Source: Chiloscyllium plagiosum (lineage: Eukaryota). Taken from it: DNA of 20,000 nt. Positions 10,415-20,000 of this stretch are shown one piece after another. The DNA lies in assembly GCF_004010195.1 (NCBI RefSeq), contig NC_057719.1:59811695-59831694 (forward strand), written 5' to 3'. A program made the position numbers and the translations under genes. The notes below the pieces were generated by a model. It saw nothing but the letters and a program-made list of their open reading frames with translations. It ran no database searches and was not told where the DNA came from. Every line of letters starts with the position of its first letter. Position 1 is the first letter of the stretch.

Positions 10415-10970
10415 TATTTGTTCATGGGATGCTGGGATCACTGGCTGGGCCAGCACTTATTACCCATCTTTTATTGTCCAACAGGAGTTAAGAGACAACC
10501 ACATTGCTCTGGGCATGGAGTCATGTGAAAACAGCAGATTTCCTTGCTTTCAGGGCAGCACAGTGGCACAGTGGCTCATTTCCAGCCTCGGGTGACTGTC
10601 TGTGCGCAGTTTGCACATTCTCCCCGAGTCTGCGTGAGTTTTCTCCGGGTGCTCTGGTTTCCTCCCACGATCCAAAGATTTGCAGATTAGGTGAATTGGC
10701 CATACTAAGTTGCCCCATAGTGTTCAGGGATGTATTAGTTAGGGGTAAATGTGGAGTAATTGGGTAGGAGAATGGGTTTGGGTGGGATACGCTTCGGAGG
10801 GTTGCTGTGGACTTGTTGGGCCGAAGGGCCTGTGTCCACACTGTAGGGATTCTATGATTCCCTCAAAGACATTGGTGAACCAACCAACAATAGGTATATG
10901 ATTAGATCAGTTTTTCAAATCAAATTTCAGTTTTTGCCATGGCAAGATTTGAAATTATGTCCCCAGAAAA
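10415..10970 (-). mobile_element. Degenerate tRNA-SINE (2404 family) split by an HE1 SINE
   Basis: 10415-10550 and 10860-10970 match the 7610-7805 / 2404-2755 family (ctggctgggccagcacttatt..caaccacattgct..cagatttcct | ccctcaaagacattggtgaacca). Confidence 0.65.
10553..10858 (+). mobile_element. HE1-type V-SINE
   Basis: Head gggcagcacagtggcacagtgg, V-domain-like gtttgcacattctccccgagtctgcgtgagttttctccgggtgctctggtttcctcccac, HER1-like tail gggccgaagggcctgtgtccacactgtagggattctatgatt. Confidence 0.88.
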
Positions 10971-11304
10971 TTGCTAATTTAGCGGTATGGCATGCACCAC
11001 CACCTCTCAACTATGATGCACATTCAAGCTTGTGCATAAAAAATTCTGGCAACTCTTCTTCAGACTTCTCCAATCCTTGTGCCTTGTACTGAGTGCACGA
11101 GGAACACAAACAATATATAAATAGCAGGAGTAGAAAACCCAAGAAAAAGTGAGCTAGTGTAAGATCACTTATACGTTTTTTAGCAGAGCCACATCCTCCA
11201 TGTTTTACTCATGTTGCAAATATAGCAGGAAGTATTTCCTATGTTTACTATTCCTAATAAACTCCTAGAATTTTTCCAATAGAATAAGCTTGTGATTATA
11301 TTCA

Positions 11305-11399
11305 GTGTTGAAACTTTATTGCTGGAACAGCACAGCAGGTCAGGCAGCATCCAGGGAACAGGAGATTCGACGTTTCGGGCACAGGCCCTTCTTCAGGAA
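11305..11399 (-). mobile_element. 95-bp non-coding HHR-bearing insertion (family B) with perfect 14-bp TSD
   Basis: TSD tgtgattatattca at 11291-11304 and 11400-11413; homologous to 14086-14180 and 19743-19824. Confidence 0.9.
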
Positions 11400-11400
11400 T
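11365..11400 (-). ncRNA. Minimal type-I hammerhead ribozyme motif (family B), intact
   Basis: AUUC CUGAAGA A GGGC-CUGU-GCCC GAAA CGUC^GAAU, with perfect 4-bp stem I and stem II; predicted cut between 11369 and 11368. Confidence 0.82.
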
Positions 11401-13244
11401 GTGATTATATTCAAACTAGTGAACACATCTGTCATGTTTACAACATCTCAATCAGAGGAAATTTTTCCTCATTATTAATTCAGAAAATAAAGCGACAAGC
11501 TTTCATACCTCAGAGAGAATAAAATGAAACAAGGTTCAAGGGAAGGAAAAAATAGACATCCAAATCTAAAGAGCAAATTAATGTGAAAACAAAAGTCAGA
11601 ATATAATAAAGGAGTGAAAAAATAAAACAGCAAACTAATCTGAAATGAGATTCAGAATTCTGACCATTTGAGAAAATTATTACGTAAAGTAAATGGTCTT
11701 TACTTCCCCCAGCTGCAGTCATTGTGAGGTCGGTGTTGGCACCAGGATTTAAGACGGCTTTGTTGGGAGAGAAAGAGCTTCCTGTTGATCTTCCTCCTAT
11801 GGAAATATGTAGCTCTTTCCAATAAAGGGGAGCCAAGTCAAGAGCTAGTAAGACACATCCAATGAGGATAATGGTTTGAGTTAATACAGAATCTAATAAC
11901 CCATCTCAAAACATGAGAACTGACATGTATTGAAATTGAGCTTCAAATTTTGACAAAAGCAGCAACACTTTAATCCTATTGTTCATTCTCATAGCCAAAA
12001 CTTCTACTGGACAACCCTGCATCAGAAAGTTAAATTTGTTATTTTTTTTATTGTATAACGTAGTTTACAAATTGTACCTTCTGTTCATGGATTAAACATT
12101 TCAGACTTTTTCTGAAATTCATGCAGCTCAGCACAGAAGTAAAACATTGGCAGAAGAAATCAAATTCAAGTTGCATCTGTAGTGAGATTCTCCAAGGGCC
12201 TGTGCAAGATTATTAAGGCTGCACAATTTCTGAAAACATTGTTTGGGAGAAATGCTGAAGAGAATCTTATATGGAGGCTGTGGTGTATTGTAACATAGCT
12301 GTTGCTCCAGGAAAGATGGTAGAACCACATCTGCGGCTTCAGTTCCAATTAGATGTGCCTCACCCAGATAAAAGTTTAAAAATTAAAGTAGAATTCATGG
12401 TTATGGGTCCAGATACAAAGCAGTCCCCCACGGATGACTCCATTTTGCTGAATATTCTACAACAGCAGTCTTTGCTTGGGCCAGTCATTAATGAGCCTCT
12501 AGCTGTCTGATCCTGCGAAGCAGATGCGGTACATGCTGGTATAAATCTGTCTGCTTTCTAGTACCAGCTTTTCCATATGCTCCCAAGGGGACAGTGTGAA
12601 GTGTGGAAGTCTCCAGCCAAGCACTGATTCCATTGTGATTGCTTTTGCACTACAGCATTGGCATTGTCTGTTTCCATTGGTTTCTAGGAGAACAAGATGA
12701 ACAGAACGCATAACTGCTGAATAATCCATGATGGGCTCGTTTTCCCCTTTTCAGATGAGATGAAGAGACATGTACTTCTCAAAAGAATTTTTAAAAAGGT
12801 CCAGAATGTGAAGGGTTCAGTAAGAACAATAACAGGAACACTGGAGCTCTCACACTCTGAGCGTCTGTGCAGATTACCAACACTATCCAGTTTGTAGTTC
12901 TATTCCTTCATTTTTTTTTTCCACTTTGTTTTTAACAGATCCTCAGTAGTTTGCTATCGTCACATTAAAAGTTTTTCACATGGCTTACTTAGGTCTTGTA
13001 ACTTTAATTTGTCATTTACAATCCTGTTAACTTCCCATATCGTTGTTTCCTTTCCATTTGCTATGATTTGCGTGTGTATAATGAAGTATTTTGTCTCTGT
13101 TCCAGGGCATTTATGTTGCACAGTTTCCTGAAATGGCTTCTTCCAAGAAGTCAAACTGCATTCTTTCACATCATTATAATCATATTTTTCTTGCCTTATT
13201 AAAACTAGAACCTGTTTACTGGAAAGTTGAGATTTTACTTTATT

Positions 13245-13988
13245 AGCGATTTTTGAGAAGATTTGTAGCTTAGGTTGATGATAAGTGCATAAGTTAGCTC
13301 ACTGAGCTGGAAGATTTGTTTTCAGATGTTTCATCACCATCCTAGGTAACACCATCAGTGGGAGTCTCTGGGGAGAGCTGGTGGTATGCCCTGCATCTCT
13401 ATTTATAGGTTTTGGTTTCTTAAGGTGGGTGATGTCATTTCCAGTTCCTTTTTTCAAGGGAAGGTAGACAGGATCTAAATCAATGTGTTTATTGATGGAG
13501 TTCTGGTTAGAATGCCATGCCTCTCTAAGGATTCTCGTGCATGTCTTTGTTTCACCTGTCCTAGTTCATGTGTGTTGAGCCAGTCAAAGTGGTGTTCTTC
13601 TTTGTCTGTATGTATAGAAACTAGTGATAGTGGGCCATGTCTTTTGGTGGCCAGTTAGTGTTCATGTATCCTGATGGCAAGTTTCGTGCTAGTTTGTCCA
13701 ATGTAGTGTTGTTTTTAACAGTTCTTGCATGGTATCTTGTAAATGACATTAGTTTTGCTGGTAGTATCTAAATGTGTTGGTAGGTTTTTTTTCGGCTACC
13801 ATGATGCCAAGGGATCTGAGTAGGTCTGGAAGTCATTTCTGAATATGCCTTTGATGTAAGATAACATGGCTATAGTCTTTGGTTGCATTTTGACTGCTTG
13901 TTTGTAGACTCTAACTGTTGATGTGAACTAGTATGGTGACAAAACATCTGAAAACAAAGCTTCAAGCTCAGCGAGCTAACATATGCTT
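13245..13988 (-). mobile_element. Penelope-like element insertion (GIY-YIG), inverted pseudo-LTR piece, perfect 13-bp TSD
   Basis: Minus strand reads SKTNVIYKIPCKNC..HYIGQT..IHEH..AWHSNQNSINKHIDLDP. An inverted repeat pairs ~13285-13345 with ~13928-13988. TSD attttactttatt at 13232-13244 and 13989-14001. Degenerate HHR at 13323-13360(-). Confidence 0.9.
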
Positions 13989-14085
13989 ATTTTACTTTAT
14001 TGTGTTTTGTTTGTTGAATTGTGTTCAAATGCTCCAGTGGGTTAAGTATTTGATATTGAGGAATATAAGGCTGAATTCAAGTAGG

Positions 14086-14180
14086 GTTGAAAAATGTGGT
14101 GCTGGAAAAACACAGCAGGCCAGGCAGCATCCGAGGAGCAGGAGAATCGACGTTTCGGGCATAAGCCCTTCTTCAGGAAT
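14086..14180 (-). mobile_element. ~95-bp HHR-bearing insertion (family B)
   Basis: Imperfect TSD gaattcaagtagg (14073-14085) and gaattccactagg (14177-14189), 11/13 identical. Confidence 0.85.
14145..14180 (-). ncRNA. Minimal type-I hammerhead ribozyme motif (family B), intact core
   Basis: AUUC CUGAAGA A GGGC-UUAU-GCCC GAAA CGUC^GAUU; one U-U mismatch in stem I. Confidence 0.78.
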
Positions 14181-15173
14181 TCCACTAGGACCAATGCCTA
14201 AGTCTACCAGTATTGAGTGTCCAGGTTTACAAATGCAGGACATTTTTGGATAAAATACTATAGATTGCCAAATCCATGAGAATTCTATTCCATATGAGTC
14301 ATCACTTGAATGAGAGAAGAATATGAGGGAAAATGTATGGCCAATCCAACCATTGCATTGATTGAAGCTTAATAGTTCCATATGTTTTCTACAAGTCACT
14401 GAGGAATTAGTACTTTTTGAGAAGCATCATGTTTTCACATTAAATTTAGAAAATTTGGACCATTGTTTCTCTGAACATTGTAGTGCAGCATTTAAGTGCC
14501 CCAGTACTGTTACCTCTCCAATGAACCCTGGCTAAATCTTTTGGCTAAATATCATTTTTATTGCATTTCATGGAAAGTTTCTCTCTGTGTGCCCTAGTGA
14601 GTTTTCTTGCACCATCGTCATAAATGTGCCTCATTTACAATGCCCTTTGGGAGCCCCTTTACTGGAATGCTGGCTCAATTCTCCTACTTGCCTTAGACGG
14701 AAAGCTCACTCCTGCTAGGACATCTTGGGATTCCTGGCATTGGCACCATATTTAAAAAGCCTGTGAGTTAATATATTTGTAATGTTAGGATCGCTATGTA
14801 CCTGGAATTTAGTTACCAATCATAAGCTTGCATTTCATTGCTGACAAATATTCAAGATACCTAATGGATGTTTCCAATTTTGTAAGTGCAAGACTTTTAA
14901 TGGACTATAAAGTAATTGCCGTCAATTAAAAATTACTGGAATTATTTGAAGTGGAATCTATTCCTATAATGAATCCAGTCACTGTGCTCTCTGTCTTGAT
15001 ACTATGTGAAGTACAAAAATTAATTGGCTGGTCAGATTCTTGTTGATACAGCAATGAAGTGATGTGAACAACCAGTCTGATGTAAAACATTCCCAACATA
15101 GTACATATACTTTCCAATTCATCAGGCAAGAAGCTTCCAAGCATTGCAGTCACCAGTTTGCTACGTGTCATTC

Positions 15174-15453
15174 TTGGCTTAGTTGGTAGCATTCTGTTCT
15201 CTGAATCACATGAATCTAGGTTCAAGTCCCAGTCATCAGAGTGTCATCTTTCAGATGAAATATTAAATTGGAGCTGTATCTGCTTGCTGTGCTAGGTGTC
15301 ATAGCCTTCATTGGCACTAATTCAAGAGTAGGGGATGTACTTCTGGCTAAACAGTCAATACTTATCATAAACATAAATCTCTGGGCATTATCAAATTGCT
15401 GTTTTTGACAGCTTGCTGTGTGAAAATTGGCTGCATTGATTTGTATATTACAG
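15174..15453 (+). mobile_element. Deu-domain SINE, degenerate
   Basis: A box tggcttagttgg, B box ggttcaagtcc, core tctttcagatgaaatattaaa..ttgctgtgtgaaaattggctgc. Confidence 0.7.
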
Positions 15454-15459
15454 AACTAA

Positions 15460-16384
15460 GTCATCAGGACAAAATGAATAATCACTTGGGTGAATGTGGA
15501 TTAATGAAGGAAAATCAGCATGGATTTGTCAAGGGCAAATTGGTGTAACTAACTTGTCAATGTTTTCTTGACAAGTTTGCTGACAAGTTTGACAAAGCTA
15601 GCGCTGTTGTTGTGGTATACAAGGACTTCCAATATGACATTTGAGAAAATGCTGCATGCAGACTTGCAAGCAAAGTTATAATATGTGGAGTAAAAGGGAC
15701 AGTAGCATCATAAATATAAAATGAACCGAGTGACAGGAAATAGAGAGTTGTGGTTTATGGGACTTTCGAACCAGAGGGATGACCTTATAAAGATTTATAA
15801 AATGATGGGGGCATGGATAGGATAAGCAGACAAGACCTTTTTCCTGGAGTGCAGGAGTCTAAAACTAGAGGGTAAGGGTTAAAGGTGAGGGGAAAAATTT
15901 AAAGAGAACCTAAGGGGGAACTTTTTCACACAGAGGTTGGTATGTGTATGGAATGAACTGCCAGAGGAAATGGTGGAGGCTGATACAATTACAACATTTA
16001 AAAGGCATCTAGATGGGTGTATGAATAATAAGGGTGCTGTATATATCTATGACTCTATAATTCTGTGGATGAGTATTGTGGTAGAATGCCCAAGCAGTTG
16101 CAAGTTTGCCATTCCTGATGTACATTAGTGACATAGGGCTTGAGGTACTTGGCACAAGTCCAAAATTTTCAGATGATTCAACGCTTGGAAATATTATGAA
16201 CTATGAAGTATTGAACTTCAAAAGGACATCGACATACTGGTGGCAGACCAGTGGCAGATGAAATTAATACAGGGAAGTGTGAAGTGGCTTGTTTCAATTG
16301 GAAGAGCAATATAAAATAAAGGGTGCAATTCTAAAGGTGGTGCAAGAGCAGAATGGTCTGGCTGCATGCACATTAATCTTTGAA
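15460..16384 (+). mobile_element. Degenerate CR1 RT fragment with a nested HER1-like 3' fragment (~15772-16058)
   Basis: ENQHGFVKGK (~15510-15540), AVVVVYKDFQ (~15603-15632) and later QWQMK..KCEV (~16250-16285). The nested piece has VWNELPEEMVEADTITTFKRHLD and a ctatgactctat tail. Confidence 0.75.
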
Positions 16385-16678
16385 TCATAGAATAGAATCA
16401 CTATAGTGTGGATGCAAGCCATTCAGCCCACAACATCCCCCCAAACGGCCTTCCCACTCCCCGCCTCATTCCTATCCCTGCAACCTTCGTAACTAATCCA
16501 TCTAGCCTGGACAATTAAGCACAACCAATCCACCTAACCTGCACATCTTTGGATTGTGGGAGGAAACCCTGCAGACACAGGGAGAATGCACAAACCACAC
16601 CCAGACAGTCACCCAGGGTTGGAATCAAGCCCAGGACCCTGGTGTTGTGGGGCAGCAGTGCTAACCACAGAGCCATCA
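16385..16678 (-). mobile_element. HE1-type V-SINE
   Basis: Reverse complement is homologous to 10553-10858, with head tggctctgtggttagcactgctgcc and B-box-like gcttgattcc. Confidence 0.85.
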
Positions 16679-17743
16679 TTTGACAAGACACATGGGTTGT
16701 TGCAGTTGAAAGAGCTATGAACACTATCCTTACCAATGAAAGAATAGAAAAAATGTGGATTGCCATTGACAGTGCCGCAATAACGTTGCAGCTTGGCTGC
16801 AGGTGTCCTAGAGAACATGACAAAGAACAGCGATAAATTTCCTTCTGACTTCCATCCTGTGAAGATAGTTAACATTAGTCTTTGGCAGAGTTATATGTCA
16901 AGGCTGAAATATATGGTCAGTGGCACAATTATGGTTTCCATTTCTGCTTTAGCGTAAATGATGATTGTATGCATGTTTCATGTTTTCCAGTCGTTAGCAC
17001 AGAATTTGAAAATACCATTAGGGTAGATAGTTCATGCCAACTGACACTTCTGACAGAAAATTCCAAAATTGACAAGGGCCACAGACAGAAATACAAAGAC
17101 ATTCAGTCTGGAATTCCACTCCACCTGCCACAGACATGCTTAGAATTAGTGAGCAGGAAACAGATGCTAGATTGGTCCTCGTAAATTTATGAATTCCAGC
17201 ACACAAAATGCAGCTGGTGGGAAATCACAGGAAGTGGAATCACAACAGCTTTTAGCCTGACCTCCATTTCCTGCTGCTCCCCCTTTGTGTATCCTGAATC
17301 CAAAGATTATCATCAAATGCTAGTACGTGCAGAAGTCTGATCTCGGTTAAAGAACTACATATTCAATCTCTTTGTGGTGACATTTACATTGCTAGTGAAC
17401 AATGGGATCTCATTGTATATGGGCAATTACAAATGGAAACAATACCCAGTCTTATAGTAATGCACTAAATCAGATTCGATCAATAGAAACATAGAATTTC
17501 CATAGTATGAATGGGTTGAATTTTCCCAGTCCTATTGTGGCTGACTTGGAAACAAGAGAGAGAGAAACCCTAGAAAAAAAATGGGGAAGGAGTTTTGAAT
17601 GGTTTCTGATGCATTCGCACCACTCGGGAACTTGCCCAGAGTAAGATTTTCTATCTTCTGCAAGGAATTGAAAAGTCAATTCGCTTCATAAAGAACCAAA
17701 TTAGGGACATTTCTGAGATGTTCTAACTGTTCACCATTGGTAG

Positions 17744-17786
17744 ACGGCCTCATCGCTGGATGTGGAGACCACTAGCTCTCTGGCAG
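17744..17786 (+). other. Candidate 43-nt internal exon of an unidentified host gene
   Basis: Branch-point-like ttctaac at 17721-17727, acceptor tag at 17741-17743, donor CAG|gtattt. Phase-0 frame reads TASSLDVETTSSLA. Non-repetitive context. Confidence 0.35.
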
Positions 17787-19742
17787 GTATTTACTTGATC
17801 CTGGCTACTGGGCTATCAAATTTTCCCCAATGATAGACTGTTGTGTTTTATATATCCATGTCAATCACAATTTATCTAAGAAGAAATTAACAAACACATT
17901 TCAAACAACCAAAGACCTTGTGCATCAGCAAATGGTGCACGCAATCATGAAAACTGGTGAAGTGAAAGAAACATTGACTCCAACTTTAAGTTTTAAAACT
18001 TTGTTTGGAAAGATTAAAAGTTACCTAAATCATATAAATACAATTCCTTGACCAAATTAATATTTTATAATTTTAAAATTTCTTGTTGGAGTCTTGTAGT
18101 TTATTAAAGAGGTAGTTTTTCATCTTCTTTGCTTCTTTTGTTATAATCTGTGCACTTACTACATGGGGGTAGCAGATGAAGCACACTCGTAGGTAAAAAG
18201 AAGAAAATATTATAAGCAAGGATTTCCCCTGAATTTAGCCAGCAATGCAAGAAAGATGGTTTAATAAACTTACAATGCAATTTCAAAACAGAAACATACG
18301 TGTTGCCTAGTTAACTGCTGTTAATTGCTCCTCTCTATAAATTTCTCCAATTTTTAAAGTGGAAAACATTTCCTTGTGTACGTTGATCATTTAATTACCA
18401 TCAGTTTGCACTTTCAAGCTATTCTGTTGTTCTATTCCAGAAAATCAGTTGGAGAAAGATGGAAATGGAAGCTGCCTTTATACATTTCTATATTATTTAA
18501 AGAGATATGTATTGCAGATAAACAGCTCCTAACCCAACAGCTGCAATTTTATGCAGTATTTATTTATCGGGGTCAAATGAAACCCCAATTAATTCCTATC
18601 ACCTGCACACAATTAAACACAATTAATTTATAACATACATTCTTAAAATCGAAGCTTATTTTGAAAAAGTGTCTGAAATACTCATAATTAAAGTTTGCAT
18701 AGTCAAACTGGAATTGTAAAAGCGAATAGTGCTCAAAAAGCATTTCTTAAACCTGTTAGAAGGTGAAACAGCTACAATAGCCTAGGCCTGTCTACACAGT
18801 CGTGGTAGTAGGTCAAATCGACATTTTGGGTAAAATGTAACACATTTATGTTTGACTCATTTTGCACATATTTCAATAGTTTTGAAGTCTATTTAACAGA
18901 TTATTTTGAAATAAATTGTTTTTTTGATCTTTGGCAAAGAAATTTCTATGGAAAATGCTTTACAAAAATCAGAGATTAAGTATGATGTCTTGATTCAGTT
19001 GAGAACTTCAGAATTCAGTTATTTCACAATATTAAAGAATAAAACAAATCACTACCATTATAATGATAGTGCTTGCTTACAAAATGGTAGCAGCCAAAAT
19101 CACCACTCCATTGTTTTGACTGAAGATTAGTGCTTACTAAAATTGTATGTCCCCCACACTGTTGGCAATTCAACTATATAACTATCAGGAACAGGTTGTC
19201 AGAACTATGGGATGTCAAGGATTGGACACTACAATAATGAAATCTGATGAATGTTTATTAATTTACACAATGTTCAGAGGCAAAGTTCAGCAATTCTTCA
19301 CACATTCCTATGTGATCTGACATCACGAACGATAGAGTGTAGCAACTGGGATATAGCTATTAACCCTACATATTCCACAAAACCCCTCACCCAAACTTTT
19401 GTCTGTTCATAAACAGTTTACATCATAATCTAACTGGATTTGCGTCCTCATTCTGCTACACCCTACACCCCCCCCCCAACAAGTCTATTCTGCCAAATAT
19501 ATCAATTTCCAAGGGTGTTCTCTGGTTGGTTTGAAGAAGTGAGAGGTGCATATGCAGCATTATCTTCTCCTTGGAAGGCAAACATGTTTGCAAAGTTGAA
19601 TGTCACCTTCTCATAATAGTTGGTATCTGGCTGTGACACTGAAGATGAACTAAACAAAAAATCATCAAAAACTGTCTAAAGAAGGATCGATTGTGGAGTC
19701 CAATTTTGAGGACGTGAACCACCAAGACCTCATTAAGAGAAA

Positions 19743-19946
19743 GAGCTGGAGAAGCGCAGCAGGTCAGGCAGCATCCAGGGAACAGGAGAATCGACGTTTT
19801 GGGTATAAGCCCTTCTTCAGGAATGAGGAAAGTTTGTCCAGCAGGCTAAGATAAAAGGTAGGGAGGAGGGACTTGGGGGAGGGGCGTCGGAAATGTGATA
19901 GGTGGAAAGAGGTCAAGGTGAGGGTGATAGGTCAGACTGGGGTGGG
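19743..19946 (-). mobile_element. Longer family-B (Penelope-associated) repeat with a degenerate HHR and a purine/pyrimidine-skewed extension
   Basis: Homologous to 11305-11399. HHR at 19789-19824(-) has GAAA changed to AAAA. Extends into a G-rich tract on the + strand. Confidence 0.8.
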
Positions 19947-20000
19947 AGGGACACACACACACACAGCGAGGGAGGGACACACACACACAGCGTGGGAGGG
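19944..20000. repeat. Compound tandem repeat GGGAGGG(AC)nAGCG, running off the window end
   Basis: Two full units and the start of a third seen directly. Confidence 0.85.

Noticed and set aside
12535..12568. Hairpin gctggta..taccagc as a pre-miRNA
   Set aside because: Only a 7-bp stem, too short, and no recognised mature miRNA.
11305..14180. Recurrent short hairpin repeats as a CRISPR array or rho-independent terminators
   Set aside because: They are dispersed kilobases apart, have TSDs, lack a spacer structure and lie in a eukaryotic context.
19855..19950. G-quadruplex-like G-runs as a regulatory element
   Set aside because: Part of the repeat family's skewed tract; no locus-specific evidence.

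Overview
Eukaryotic, AT-rich, intron- or intergenic-like DNA. The repeat repertoire (HE1-type V-SINEs, HER1/CR1 LINEs, Deu-domain SINEs, Penelope-like elements, a Gmr1-type Ty3/gypsy relic) points to a cartilaginous fish, probably a shark; this is inferred from repeat recognition, not from a search. There is no intact protein-coding gene, and the ORF track is mostly decayed transposon frames or chance ORFs. The most interesting signal is about ten minimal type-I hammerhead-ribozyme (HHR) cores (CUGANGA-N-stemII-GAAA-CGUC) on both strands, in two sequence families. Some sit in the inverted pseudo-LTRs of Penelope GIY-YIG insertions. Others are tiny non-coding ~95-210 bp insertions with 11-14 bp target-site duplications (TSDs). 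Stems covary between copies, and the damaged copies are mutated mainly at CpGs in the core. A repeat-free island (11.4-13.2 kb) with clustered + strand splice acceptors, and a 43-nt exon-like segment at 17.74 kb, may belong to an unidentified host gene.
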